A DNA stretch of 64,000 nucleotides from Bacillota bacterium (lineage in GTDB: Bacteria; Bacillota; Clostridia; Acetivibrionales; DTU013): contig JAEYRB010000010.1 of assembly GCA_023409735.1 (NCBI GenBank), positions 153,404 through 217,403 of the forward strand. The letters run 5' to 3'. Below, piece after piece: positions 40,611 to 50,384 of the stretch. The position numbers were made by a program, and so were the translations under genes. The notes under the pieces are model-generated. The model did no database searches. It saw only the letters and a list, made by a program, of their open reading frames with translations, and was not told the origin of the DNA. The number at the start of each line of letters is the position of its first letter. Positions within the stretch are counted from its first letter, which is position 1.

Positions 40611-41475
40611 GTTTATACTGGAAACAAAAAACCTCAATAAAAGTTATGGCAATGTTAAGGCACTGCAGGATTTTTCTATAAGGATTGAGGAAAACAAAAT
40701 ATATGGCCTGCTCGGACGTAATGGCGCGGGTAAAACGACATTTTTGAATTTGATCTCGTCCAGGATATTTGCAGAAAGCGGCGAAATTCTAATGCATGGA
40801 CAAAACGTTGTGGAGAATGGAGAGCTTCTGCCGAAAATATGCTATATCCCGGAAAAAAACTATTTTATTCCCACCATGCGCGTTTCGGAAATACTAAAAA
40901 ATGCTGCAACATTTTTTGAAAACTTCGATTATGAATATTCTAAGGAGCTTTGTGCGAAGTTTGGCATAAATCCAAGAAAAAAATATAAGGCTCTTTCAAG
41001 AGGTTATGAATCAATTATTCGCGTCATAATTGGTTTGTCCTCCAGAGCTCCGCTGACCATATTTGATGAACCTGTCCTGGGCCTTGACGCTTCAGTTAGA
41101 GATCTGTTCTACAGGGAGCTTATTGAGGATTATACTAAGCATCCCCGTACCTATGTCATTTCTACACATCTGATCGAGGAATCTGCTGACGTGTTTGAGG
41201 AAGCCATCATTATTAAGGAGGGTGTGCTAATTGAACAGTTAACTGTAGAGGAGTTAAAGGAAAGGGCTCACTATATTTCGGGTAAGGCAGATGATGTGGA
41301 TAAAATAGTAAGAGGCATGAACGTGCTTCACAGTGAAATGATCGGTAATGTCAAGATTTGTTCCGTCTTTGAAGCATTATCAGGTGAAGTCCTTGAGAAG
41401 CTTTCGTCAAATAATGTAGACATGTCACCTATCCCGTTCCAGAAGCTGTTTATATACCTTACAAACAAGAATTAG
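40603..41475 (+). CDS. ABC transporter ATP-binding protein (YtrB-like)
   Basis: Walker A GRNGAGKTT and Walker B TIFDEPVLGLD; overlaps the GntR gene stop. Confidence 0.85.
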   Translation: MSEFILETKNLNKSYGNVKALQDFSIRIEENKIYGLLGRNGAGKTTFLNLISSRIFAESGEILMHGQNVVENGELLPKICYIPEKNYFIPTMRVSEILKNAATFFENFDYEYSKELCAKFGINPRKKYKALSRGYESIIRVIIGLSSRAPLTIFDEPVLGLDASVRDLFYRELIEDYTKHPRTYVISTHLIEESADVFEEAIIIKEGVLIEQLTVEELKERAHYISGKADDVDKIVRGMNVLHSEMIGNVKICSVFEALSGEVLEKLSSNNVDMSPIPFQKLFIYLTNKN

Positions 41476-41486
41476 GAGGAATTAAC

Positions 41487-42221
41487 ATGAACAGATTTGC
41501 TAAATGCATTCAATTTCAGCTTAAATCAATGGCCATAAGCACACTTGTTTATACCGCAATATATTATGTAGCTTGTATACTGCTTTTCACTATTGTGAGC
41601 ATCAGCATAGATACTTCAGATAGTAGCAACAGCATTAGCTCCGGCTTTTATATAGGGAGCGCCATTTTTGCCATGATATATGTCATGTCAAACTATAGAA
41701 CCAATTTCAATTATCTGATGATATTCGGCAACTCCAGAAAGAACATATTTTTCTCATTTGCCGTTACAGCCTTGGTCATGTCAGCTGCGCTATCCCTGAT
41801 TTCTGTTTTGACACAGTGGTTTGAGGAGGTTGTTCTTCCGACTCCCGCCTTCGGGGCTTCCATAAGCTTACTTAAACTTGCCTATGGAAATACAAATATT
41901 GCATTAGAGTTCTTATATTATTCAGCATTATTCATTCTGATTTGTTCTTTTGCGATGTTGTACAGTTCATTGGCCTATAAACTAGGTAAAGTGTTTATTA
42001 CGGTGTTCTGGGTAGTTTTTGGCCTCTCATTTATTATTCTTCCGATGTCTGCAGGCTTAAATACACCGTTTGCCAGCTTTATTTTAAATGCATTGATAGC
42101 CTTTTTCCGAATAGGTACCTCCAACGGTATCCTATTGGCACCTGTCAATTTCATTATCGCATCGGTATTATTTGCTGCAATAACCTATCTGCTCTCACGC
42201 AGGCAGCCGCAAACCGCATAA
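41487..42221 (+). CDS. integral membrane protein, probable permease partner of the YtrA-type module
   Basis: About six hydrophobic segments; position immediately after the ATPase. Confidence 0.6.
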   Translation: MNRFAKCIQFQLKSMAISTLVYTAIYYVACILLFTIVSISIDTSDSSNSISSGFYIGSAIFAMIYVMSNYRTNFNYLMIFGNSRKNIFFSFAVTALVMSAALSLISVLTQWFEEVVLPTPAFGASISLLKLAYGNTNIALEFLYYSALFILICSFAMLYSSLAYKLGKVFITVFWVVFGLSFIILPMSAGLNTPFASFILNALIAFFRIGTSNGILLAPVNFIIASVLFAAITYLLSRRQPQTA

Positions 42222-42267
42222 AGCTAAAGCCGGGTTCAAAAATTGATGGTATGTGCTCCGGGGCCTT

Positions 42268-42355
42268 GCTACCCACGCACAGGTGGAAGCCAATTATCAA
42301 CGAAGCTATCACCAATGATTATTATGTTGCGCTACCCACGCACAGGTAGGAGCCA
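42268..42355. repeat. direct repeat x2 (17 nt exact, ~25 nt similar), period 63, between convergent genes
   Basis: GCTACCCACGCACAGGT at 42268-42284 and 42331-42347. Confidence 0.8.
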
Positions 42356-42386
42356 TACTAAATAACCTGTTAGCTAAAGTTTAGGT

Positions 42387-44234
42387 TTACCCCAGAGCAT
42401 ATTCTATCAGCCAGTCGTTAACCTGAAGTATATATGCAAGCATTTGCGGTCCTGCCATCAGCTGCCCAAACCACGGTTTGCCATAGTCCTTTGGAATTGA
42501 AAGAAAGTGTTCAACCTTATCGCGGCTTATGAATCGGTTGACCGGCGACTCACGATTATTAAGCACCTTATAAAACTCCTGAATAAGTAAAGCCTCGTAT
42601 TCCGGATTGTACGTTTTGGGATACGGGGACTTTTTACGCCATAAAAGCTCGTCAGGAAGTAATCCACGGCAGGCATTGCGCAGAAGTGATTTTTCGACTC
42701 CGTCTTTGTATTTCATGCTCCATGGCACATTGTAGAGATATTCGATTATTCTATGATCGGCAAACGGAACTCGTGCTTCAAGTCCACACGACATACTCAT
42801 CCTGTCCATGCGGTCAAGTAGTGTTGACATAAACCAACGCATATTCAGATAACTGATTTCACGATGACGTGTTTCCTCAGGACTTTCTTCGCCTTCAAGC
42901 TTTGGTGTTTCACTTATTGATTCCTTATAACGCTGGCGTATATATGGCTTAAGTTCAAGCCTGGCTATTGTTTCGTCATTTAACAGCATTGTTCTTGCTG
43001 CCAGGTCAGTTGACCATGGAAATCCATCTGTGTTAAACAGTTCTTCCCTGTAGAACCATGGATAGCCGCCGAATATTTCATCAGCACATTCTCCGGTCAG
43101 AACAACTTTATTCTGCTGCTTGACCAGCGAACAAAAATACATTAACGACGCATCAACATCGGTCATGCCCGGCAGATCCTTTGCGCGCATTGCTGCAGGA
43201 AGCATATCTACCAATTCTTTCTCATTACATTCGAGGTAAGCATGATTGAGGGGAAATGCTTTAATCATTTTCTCAACATACGGACGGTCACGGGTAGGCT
43301 GAAACTGATTAGAGGCAAAGTACTTGTCGTTGCCGCTGAAGTCAAAGGAAAAGGTATTGAGCATCATACCGTCACGACACATGAAATCGGCTGCTACCGC
43401 GGTTACAATGCTTGAGTCGAGCCCGCCGGATAAGAATGTGCAAACTGGAATATCTGATACCATCTGTCGTGTGATTGCATCTTTAACAAGAAATGAGACA
43501 TTATCTACGGTCTGCTCATAGCTGTCAGCATGCCTTGCCGCTTTAAGCCTCCAGTAATTGTGTTCGGTGAATCCGTCCTGTGAAAATATAGCATAATTTC
43601 CCGGGAGTATCTCATTTATACCATGAAAAACTCCACAACCTGCGGTTCTCGAAGGCCCGAGTCCGAAAATCTCCCTAAGACTGTTATCATCAATTGCAGG
43701 ATGGACCCCCGGATGTCTGAAAAGTGCTTTAATTTCTGAACCGAAAACCAGCAGATTGTTTTTTAGAGAATAGAAAAGGGGCTTGACTCCAACGCGATCA
43801 CGGCATAGCATGAGCCGCTTTTCTCTGTCATCCCAGATAGCAAACGCAAAAATGCCATTGAGCTGTGATACAAATTCCGGGCCGTATTCTATGTATGAAT
43901 AAAGAATAACCTCTGTATCACCGGTTGTTTCAAAGACATAGCCCTTTTGCTTCAGAGGAGCCGACAGTTCGTCTGTATTATATATTTCTCCATTATATAT
44001 GATTATATAATCATAACCGCCGACTCTGCGCTGCATTGGCTGAATGGCGCCCTCAATATCTCTTATCGAAAGCCTGGAATGGGCAAAGCCGATATTTCTA
44101 TCTAAAAAGCTTCCTGCCTGATCTCCTCCGCGATGATCAATTCTTTCTCTCATTGATGTAAGTATCCTATCCCAATAATCTGCTTTATTTAAATAATTAT
44201 CATGGTAATTACAAAAACCTGCTATACCGCACAT
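42387..44234 (-). CDS. asparagine synthase (glutamine-hydrolysing), long 615-aa paralogue
   Basis: MCGIAGF N-terminal nucleophile and TFLSGGLDSS PP-loop. Confidence 0.9.
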   Translation of the reverse strand: MCGIAGFCNYHDNYLNKADYWDRILTSMRERIDHRGGDQAGSFLDRNIGFAHSRLSIRDIEGAIQPMQRRVGGYDYIIIYNGEIYNTDELSAPLKQKGYVFETTGDTEVILYSYIEYGPEFVSQLNGIFAFAIWDDREKRLMLCRDRVGVKPLFYSLKNNLLVFGSEIKALFRHPGVHPAIDDNSLREIFGLGPSRTAGCGVFHGINEILPGNYAIFSQDGFTEHNYWRLKAARHADSYEQTVDNVSFLVKDAITRQMVSDIPVCTFLSGGLDSSIVTAVAADFMCRDGMMLNTFSFDFSGNDKYFASNQFQPTRDRPYVEKMIKAFPLNHAYLECNEKELVDMLPAAMRAKDLPGMTDVDASLMYFCSLVKQQNKVVLTGECADEIFGGYPWFYREELFNTDGFPWSTDLAARTMLLNDETIARLELKPYIRQRYKESISETPKLEGEESPEETRHREISYLNMRWFMSTLLDRMDRMSMSCGLEARVPFADHRIIEYLYNVPWSMKYKDGVEKSLLRNACRGLLPDELLWRKKSPYPKTYNPEYEALLIQEFYKVLNNRESPVNRFISRDKVEHFLSIPKDYGKPWFGQLMAGPQMLAYILQVNDWLIEYALG

Positions 44235-44316
44235 AAAATCCCCTCAATCCAATAAAAGTCTCTGGGGCATCGAACCCCCATCGCCTTTTTGCTGTAGACC
44301 TTTGGTCAACGCCATT

Positions 44317-44352
44317 AAAAAAAGGCGCTCCTCTAAAAAGAAAAGCGCCTTT
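44317..44352 (-). terminator. intrinsic terminator located in the 5' upstream region of the long asparagine synthase gene
   Basis: Minus strand AAGGCGCT-14 nt-AGCGCCTT followed by T7; about 80 nt upstream of the ATG. Confidence 0.7.
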
Positions 44353-44693
44353 GCTTTACAGTCTAGTATATGCAGTATGCAGCCCGAGGTTACAACTTCT
44401 CAAGCTCCTGTTTGTATGTTGAATAATTTCACTCTTTAGAAAAATAATATTAAGCAACAAGCATCAGCCTCGCACAGATGTATAGAAAATACGCTTATTT
44501 CTGTCACAGGGCTCTAAAACGGGCTGTATGCTTCTACTAAGTGCAATGTGCAGGATTTTTAATTTATTCATTAGTGGAATAAATTAAAAGGTTTCTCGGG
44601 AAAGATTGTGGAGAAACTATTAAAGGCTTTTAATAAAAAAGGTATTGTAAAAAAACTTATGAAAAATGTAATTTTATAAAGGAGGACAGTAAA

Positions 44694-45188
44694 ATGAGTA
44701 AAGACAAAACGCTTAATAACCTGATGGAGGCTTTTGCCGGAGAAGCTCAGGCCAACAGAAAATATCTGGCATATGCCAAAAAAGCTGAAAAGGATGGAAA
44801 AACAAATGCAGCAAAATTGTTTAGAGCAGCTTCTGATGCTGAGACATTACATGCATTAAAGCATTTTGAAGTTGCGGGAAAAATCGGTTCAACCGAGGAT
44901 AACTTGAAGGATGCAGTTGCAGGCGAGACTAGCGAGTTTACAGACATGTACCCTGATTTTGTGAAAGAAGCTGAATCGGATGGAAACAAAGCAGCGCTTA
45001 TGTCCTTTTCTTTTGCTATGAAAGCGGAAGAGGTTCATGCGAAACTTTATAAAGAGGCGTTAGAAAACATAGATCAAACGGAAGAGGTTTTCTATTATCT
45101 CTGCCCTGTATGTGGAAACATCGAGAAGAGTCGTCCTGATAAATGCAGCATATGCGGTGTTCCGGGGGATAAGTTTATAAAGTACTAA
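44694..45188 (+). CDS. rubrerythrin
   Basis: Ferritin-like EAQANRKY...ETLHA...E..EF...EEVHA di-iron motifs plus a C-terminal CPVCG...CSICG rubredoxin-like domain; AAGGAGG RBS. Confidence 0.85.
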   Translation: MSKDKTLNNLMEAFAGEAQANRKYLAYAKKAEKDGKTNAAKLFRAASDAETLHALKHFEVAGKIGSTEDNLKDAVAGETSEFTDMYPDFVKEAESDGNKAALMSFSFAMKAEEVHAKLYKEALENIDQTEEVFYYLCPVCGNIEKSRPDKCSICGVPGDKFIKY

Positions 45189-45383
45189 GCTAGCAAATAC
45201 AGTTTCCTTTAGCCAATTTGTGGAGGCCAATTATCACGTCTTTCACAACTGAAGAAATGTATATATCCTTAACTCGCCTGATATTATTCTATACGGTAAT
45301 GGCAAAGAGATGTTGTTATCTGCCGTGATTTTGTACTTTTTCACTACTATTTTTTCAGAAATGGATCATCTAAATATACAGAT

Positions 45384-45432
45384 AAAGGCCGCCATATGCG
45401 ATACATGAGCGTATCAAGACGACGGCCTTTTT
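45384..45432 (+). terminator. hairpin plus U-tract
   Basis: AAAGGCCG...(inner GATAC/GTATC)...CGGCCTTT followed by TT; about 200 nt downstream of rubrerythrin. Confidence 0.5.
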
Positions 45433-45540
45433 ACTGTTCGAAAACACTTGCTAGAAATCAGAGGGTTAATGCCCTGTTTGTAAAAGTAAGACAAGGTTAA
45501 AATACTCCATAAATATTCTGTGGTAAACGTCAAATGTGCC

Positions 45541-45565
45541 AAAAAACCCGCTAAAATAGCGGGTC
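45541..45565 (-). terminator. terminator of tRNA-Pro
   Basis: Minus strand ACCCGCT-atttt-AGCGGGT followed by T6. Confidence 0.75.
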
Positions 45566-45578
45566 TTTGGACAGTCTG

Positions 45579-45654
45579 TGGTCGGAGTGGCGGGATTTGA
45601 ACCCACGGCCTCTTGGTCCCGAACCAAGCGCGCTACCATCTGCGCTACACCCCG
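45579..45654 (-). tRNA. tRNA-Pro (anticodon CGG), CCA encoded
   Basis: 76 nt: CGGGGTG-TA-GCGC AGATGGTA GCGC-G-CTTGG TTCGGGA CCAAG-AGGCC-GTGGG TTCAAAT CCCGC-CACTCCG-A-CCA folds as a cloverleaf. Confidence 0.95.
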
Positions 45655-45676
45655 ATACTTGAAATCATGCTTAATT

Positions 45677-45705
45677 ATTTTAACACCAAAAATGGCATAA
45701 TGCAA
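45677..45705 (-). promoter_or_regulatory. probable promoter of tRNA-Pro
   Basis: Minus strand TTGCAT, 17 nt, (TGT)TAAAAT extended -10, about 20 nt before the mature 5' end. Confidence 0.5.
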
Positions 45706-46445
45706 TGGTTAAATTGCAACCGCGATAATAAACATAATTTGCCCTTAATTGTAAAACTAAACTCCACCCCACTTTTTCAATGATGTGGACTTTACTTTTA
45801 CAAATTCATAGTTAAAGGCACTATGGACTTTACCTTTACAAGTATTAGCGCGTTTTTGCATCAGTTATCAGGGCAGGACCGATGCGCCATTTATACCGAT
45901 TATGTTTCCAAGCACCGCCCGATGTGCTCAAGCATAGCATATTTAATGTCCAGCTTAGAAGTCCTTTCTCACAGGGGCTGGTCACATACCTTGCATGCTG
46001 CTCGCCCATGCATCCTGCATTGCAGGTGCCTCTATCCAATTGCGTACCTGGCAGTATACCCATGGGGTAAGAAACAATAATGGATTTCTGTTTCGCAGAA
46101 ACACTACAATATGTAACATTTTGCTTTAGCAAAATTTATTTCTCCATAATCGGTACTGCTGTTCCTTGCTTATACAGCGTAGATTTTGCAAGTACTTACC
46201 TTTTTCACTTAAAATGTAATAACAAAGTGTATTCTAGTATCATGATGCCTTTTTGTTATAATGAAGAGGAGAGATACACGTATGTCAAAACATTTGACTT
46301 TATTCATCTAAGGGGCTTAGATTACAAGTTCTAAAATAGCTACTACACAAGAACTTTATGAACGATTAACTTAATAACTTTTGATAATGTCGTTTTAGTT
46401 TCATTTTACCTATAGGGAAAGACTCTTGCCAGTCTCACTATATTC

Positions 46446-47321
46446 CTATAGCGTGCTTTGAATAAATGTCTCGGTATCAGATTTTATCAGCCCTCCTGAG
46501 AGCTTTCGATATTGAAAAGGGCTGGTGTGGAAATGCTTTTCAAAGGTGTATCCAAAATGCTGCCGGCTGTTAAAGCCGGATTGAAAGGCAATATCGGTAA
46601 TGCTCGTATTTGTGTTTTTGAGAAGGAAGGTTGCTCTGTCAAGACGCAGATTATTGGTATAGGTCATGATGGAACAGCCGACATATCTGGAAAATAGTGT
46701 GTGAAGATAAGAGCGATTGATCCCAACAAATTCTGCTATCATATCAGAGGATATATCTTCTAAATAATGTGAGTTGATATATTCTTTTGCTTTTTTAATG
46801 TAGAGTGTTCCCGCATGGCGTTTCCTGCTGCCTGTGCATCTTGATATGCCTGCCAATAGCTGACATAATAGCAACTCGATCAGGTACTGGTCGTCCGGTT
46901 GCTTTTTCTCGAGCATTTCAATTAATCTTCTCAAATATTCATAAACGTTCTCGCTGTCACAAAGCAATAAGAAATCCTGGTGTCCATCCAAAAACACCTG
47001 AAAGGACTTTACACGCTCTGCAAGGTAGCCAAGATCTATTCCCTTGGGATCAGGCGAACATGAAAACTCTAGATTTAAAATTGTACAGGGGATGCCCTTC
47101 TCCACTAACAGCTGATGCGGGACATTCTGATCAATGAAAACAAACTGTTTTGGATTGATTCCAATTAACTGACCATCCAACCATACCTTGCAGCTGCCGT
47201 CAGCAATGTACATGATTTCGCAGCGGTCATGCGCATGCTCTGTCATGTGGAACTCTTCCAGCTGAAAGCTGTAAAATGCATTAATTGTAGCATAGCGGTT
47301 TTTTGATAAGTATATACTCAT
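46446..47321 (-). CDS. AraC-family transcriptional regulator (cupin sensor plus HTH)
   Basis: N-terminal cupin (HAHDRCEIMYIADG) and C-terminal ITDIAFQSGFNSRQHFGYTFEKHFHTSPFQYRK. Confidence 0.85.
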   Translation of the reverse strand: MSIYLSKNRYATINAFYSFQLEEFHMTEHAHDRCEIMYIADGSCKVWLDGQLIGINPKQFVFIDQNVPHQLLVEKGIPCTILNLEFSCSPDPKGIDLGYLAERVKSFQVFLDGHQDFLLLCDSENVYEYLRRLIEMLEKKQPDDQYLIELLLCQLLAGISRCTGSRKRHAGTLYIKKAKEYINSHYLEDISSDMIAEFVGINRSYLHTLFSRYVGCSIMTYTNNLRLDRATFLLKNTNTSITDIAFQSGFNSRQHFGYTFEKHFHTSPFQYRKLSGGLIKSDTETFIQSTL

Positions 47322-47496
47322 AAGAATATTATATTATAAACATAAAAATATTCAACAATTTATTGCATTTCAATAATTACCATGTTTTTATTCCACATTT
47401 AATATACCAATGTTTTATTATTATTACAGGCCAATGCATTATTATATTTCCACAGTGTTAGCTATGGCATAAAAAACATAGAAAAGGAGAATGATT

Positions 47497-48966
47497 ATGA
47501 GCTTTAAAATTGCTTTTATCGGGGCGGGGAGCCTGATTTTCGCCAGAAGACTTCTTACAGATATTATGTCGGTACCTGAATTCCGGGATGTTTCAATAGC
47601 CTTTACAGATATCAATGAGCACAATCTGAAATCTGTAACAGAGCTTTGCCAGAGAGACCTTGAAGAAAACGGCATACACACGAAGATCCAATCTACCCTT
47701 AATCGGCGCGAAGCATTTAAAGATGCAAAATATATTATCAACTGTGTTCGCATCGGAGGTCTGGAGGGCTTTGAGATTGATATAGAAATTCCGTTGAAGT
47801 ATGGTGTCGACCAGTGTGTTGGAGATACTCTCTGTACCGGTGGGATCATGTACGGACAGCGTGTAATTGCAGCACTGCTGGATTTTTGCAAGGATATCCG
47901 GGAGGTTTCCTGCAAGGATGCGATACTGCTTAACTACTCCAATCCAAACGCTATGGCAACATGGGCCTGCAACAAATACGGCGGCGTGAGAACTATTGGA
48001 TTATGTCATGGTGAAATTCATGGTGAGGATCAGATCGCAGAGGTTTTGGGTATACCAAGAAGCGAGCTTGATATAATATGTGCAGGCATCAATCATCAAA
48101 CCTGGTACATTTCTGTTAAGCATCATGGTGTCGAGCTTAAAGATCAGCTGCTGGAGGGATTTTTAAAGCATGCGAAATTTTCTCAGACTGAAAAGGTCAG
48201 AATTGATATATTGAAGAGATTTGGCTACTATTCTACCGAATCCAATGGTCACCTGTCTGAGTATGTACCGTGGTACCGTAAGCGTCCTGATGAGATAAAG
48301 GATTGGATAGACCTTTCTGTCTGGATAAACGGCGAAACAGGAGGTTATCTTCGGTTTACCCGCGAGGAGCGAAACTGGTTTGAAACGGATTTCCCACAAA
48401 TGCTGCAGGAACCATCTCATAAATACGACGGGTCACAGCGAAGCCGTGAGCATGGCTCTTATATTATAGAAGCCCTTGAAACCGGCAGGGTGTACAGAGG
48501 CCATTTCAACGTGATGAATAACGGATGCATTACCAATTTACCTGAGGAGTGTGTTGTTGAGGTGCCATGCTATGCAGATGGAAACGGCATATCAGTACCA
48601 AAAATAGGTGAGCTGCCTCTTGGTTGCGCAGCTGTTTGTTCTCAGTCTATTTGGGTGCAGCGTCTGGCTGTGGAAGCGGCTGTTTCCGGCAATGAAATGT
48701 TGCTCAAACAGGCTGCGATGATGGATCCGCTGACAGGTGCGGTCTGCAATCCTCCTGAAATATGGCAGATGATCGATGAGATGCTGGTAGCACAGGAAAG
48801 GTGGCTGCCTCAGTATAAGTCAGTTATTGCCGAGGCAAAAGAACGGCTGTCATCAGGAACCCTTATACCAACCAACAGCAGTTATGCCGGCGCGGCAAGA
48901 CTCAAGGATAAAACAATCGAAGAAATAAAAGCAGAACGGGATAGTCGCAGTATTACGGCAGATTGA
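47497..48966 (+). CDS. glycoside hydrolase family 4 (alpha-galactosidase/alpha-glucosidase type)
   Basis: KIAFIGAGSLIFARRL NAD-binding N-terminus, GLCHG and INH motifs; divergent from the AraC gene; AAGGAG 7 nt before ATG 47497. Confidence 0.85.
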   Translation: MSFKIAFIGAGSLIFARRLLTDIMSVPEFRDVSIAFTDINEHNLKSVTELCQRDLEENGIHTKIQSTLNRREAFKDAKYIINCVRIGGLEGFEIDIEIPLKYGVDQCVGDTLCTGGIMYGQRVIAALLDFCKDIREVSCKDAILLNYSNPNAMATWACNKYGGVRTIGLCHGEIHGEDQIAEVLGIPRSELDIICAGINHQTWYISVKHHGVELKDQLLEGFLKHAKFSQTEKVRIDILKRFGYYSTESNGHLSEYVPWYRKRPDEIKDWIDLSVWINGETGGYLRFTREERNWFETDFPQMLQEPSHKYDGSQRSREHGSYIIEALETGRVYRGHFNVMNNGCITNLPEECVVEVPCYADGNGISVPKIGELPLGCAAVCSQSIWVQRLAVEAAVSGNEMLLKQAAMMDPLTGAVCNPPEIWQMIDEMLVAQERWLPQYKSVIAEAKERLSSGTLIPTNSSYAGAARLKDKTIEEIKAERDSRSITAD

Positions 48967-48975
48967 TAAAGAATT

Positions 48976-49227
48976 TGCTCCAAAGTATGGGTAGACAGCA
49001 TTGCTCAAAGGGTGCTGGCAGATGGTGTTCTCCAATGCATGGGCAGACATCATTTTACAAGGTGTTGACAGACAGTGTTGCTCCAATGTATGGACGACAG
49101 CATTGCTCAAAGGCGTGGACAGAAGCATCGTTCCAAGCTGTGGACAGGTGGTATTTTGAGCAGAATTTCAACTTTGGAACACTTTATTAAAAACACCTGT
49201 ATATTTTGAGCAGAATTTCAACTTTGG
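48976..49227. repeat. ~7 degenerate 23-28-bp tandem units, followed by an exact 26-bp repeat x2 (period 50)
   Basis: TTGCTC(C)AA.G..TGG.CAGA..GCA units from 48976 to 49153; TATTTTGAGCAGAATTTCAACTTTGG at 49152 and 49202. Confidence 0.8.
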
Positions 49228-49264
49228 GACATTTTAGCATACGAAATTATGGATGATTAACATT

Positions 49265-49310
49265 AAAATGGCACATTTTATTGAAAAATATCAATAAAAT
49301 GTGCCATTTT
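49265..49310. terminator. 20-bp perfect inverted repeat (bidirectional terminator-like hairpin)
   Basis: AAAATGGCACATTTTATTGA-aaaata-TCAATAAAATGTGCCATTTT. Confidence 0.75.
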
Positions 49311-49441
49311 ATGGCAAACACTTGTTCCAAACTTGATTTTTTGCACATTTTTTCTTTAATCGCCTAAAGTGGGTATTGATATCAGCTAAATAAAATAAGT
49401 ATGATAGAAGATAATAAGTGAATTAACAAAGGAGAAAAGAA

Positions 49442-50038
49442 ATGAGTAAAGTATTGTACATTAAAGCAAATGCAAAGGAAGATGACCAATCCAGAACCTT
49501 TAAAATATCCGAAGCCTTTATTGCAGAATATAAAAAGCGGCATGCGCAGGATGAGATAGCTGTTCTTGATTTATATGATGAGAATATTGAGTTTTTAAGT
49601 AAGGAAGGTATAAGTCTGAAATTCAACCCCGGTGAGGGTAAAAATCCATTGTTAAGATATGCCCATCAATTTGTCGAAGCAGATAAATTTGTCTTTGCAG
49701 AGCCTCTCTGGAATCTAAGCATTCCTGCAATATTGAAGGCTTATATAGACTGTATCTGCATTGTGGGAATAACCTTTAAGTACACTGCCGATGGCCCTGT
49801 TGGACTTTGTAAAGGGAAAAAGACCTTAAATATAATAACCAGGGGCGGCGAATATTCTACCGGACCGCTAGCAGACTTGGAAATGGGTGATAAGTATTTG
49901 CGTACCATTTTAGGCTTTTTGGGGATTACCGACTATACAACAATATCAGCTGATGGACTTGATATTATTGGCGTCGATATTGATGCAATTGTTAATAAAG
50001 CAATAAAGGAAGCTGTCGAATTGGCTAAGACATTTTAA
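49442..50038 (+). CDS. azoR: FMN-dependent NADH-azoreductase
   Basis: MSKVLYIKANAKEDDQSRTFKISEAFI...PLWNLSIPAILKAYID... typical AzoR/flavodoxin-like fold; AAGGAG RBS. Confidence 0.85.
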   Translation: MSKVLYIKANAKEDDQSRTFKISEAFIAEYKKRHAQDEIAVLDLYDENIEFLSKEGISLKFNPGEGKNPLLRYAHQFVEADKFVFAEPLWNLSIPAILKAYIDCICIVGITFKYTADGPVGLCKGKKTLNIITRGGEYSTGPLADLEMGDKYLRTILGFLGITDYTTISADGLDIIGVDIDAIVNKAIKEAVELAKTF

Positions 50039-50116
50039 TCGCGGTGCTTCAGAATTATATTTTGTTTATTCACAAAAAGGATCTCTTTATTAAAATACTC
50101 ATTATGCCATTACATT

Positions 50117-50148
50117 AGCAAAACTCATTTGGTTTTGCTTTTTATTTT
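50117..50148 (+). terminator. intrinsic terminator after azoR
   Basis: AGCAAAAC-tcatttg-GTTTTGCT followed by TTTTATTTT. Confidence 0.7.
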
Positions 50149-50384
50149 AGGTTTTAGCCTGTTTCGCTCGCAGTTTGAGTGAAGCAGTTGGAGTAAAAAA
50201 GATTATGTAAGTACATAGGACTTAACGAAGCAACTATTAGGAAATACACAAAGATCTAGAGAAGCACGACATAATGTTTGAAAGTTAAGTGAAACAGAAT
50301 AGAGCTGATAAATCATATATTATCTACAAATTGTATGATATAATTACCTTCAACAAAAATTGACAAGCATGGGAAGACAAAATA

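Noticed and set aside
44262-44280. tRNA T-arm-like GGGGGTTCGATGCCCC (minus strand)
   Set aside because: The loop would be 8 nt. No acceptor, D or anticodon arms can be built from the flanking sequence.
44235-44420. T-box riboswitch upstream of the long asparagine synthase
   Set aside because: No T-box consensus (..GGTGGTACCGCG..) is found 5' of the terminator. The terminator is also ~80 nt from the start codon, which is atypical.
44511-44520. Minus-strand GTTTTAGAGC, identical to the first 10 nt of type II-A Cas9 repeats
   Set aside because: It is a single 10-mer with no repeat array, tracrRNA-like anti-repeat or cas genes. A 10-mer match is roughly a one-in-ten chance occurrence in 128 kb of two-strand sequence.
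42283-45238. ~19-nt similar motifs (GTGGAAGCCAATTATCAACG / GTGGAGGCCAATTATCACG) flanking the asparagine synthase-rubrerythrin segment, considered as att-like direct repeats
   Set aside because: My rough estimate is that about ten 17-of-19 matches are expected by chance among all position pairs in a 64-kb window. No integrase is present.
45466-45705. 79-aa minus-strand ORF
   Set aside because: It reads straight through tRNA-Pro and its terminator.
45823-46334. Four short overlapping ORFs in the tRNA-adjacent desert
   Set aside because: They overlap each other on both strands, lack RBSs and have implausible amino-acid composition. The region is reported as a non-coding candidate instead.
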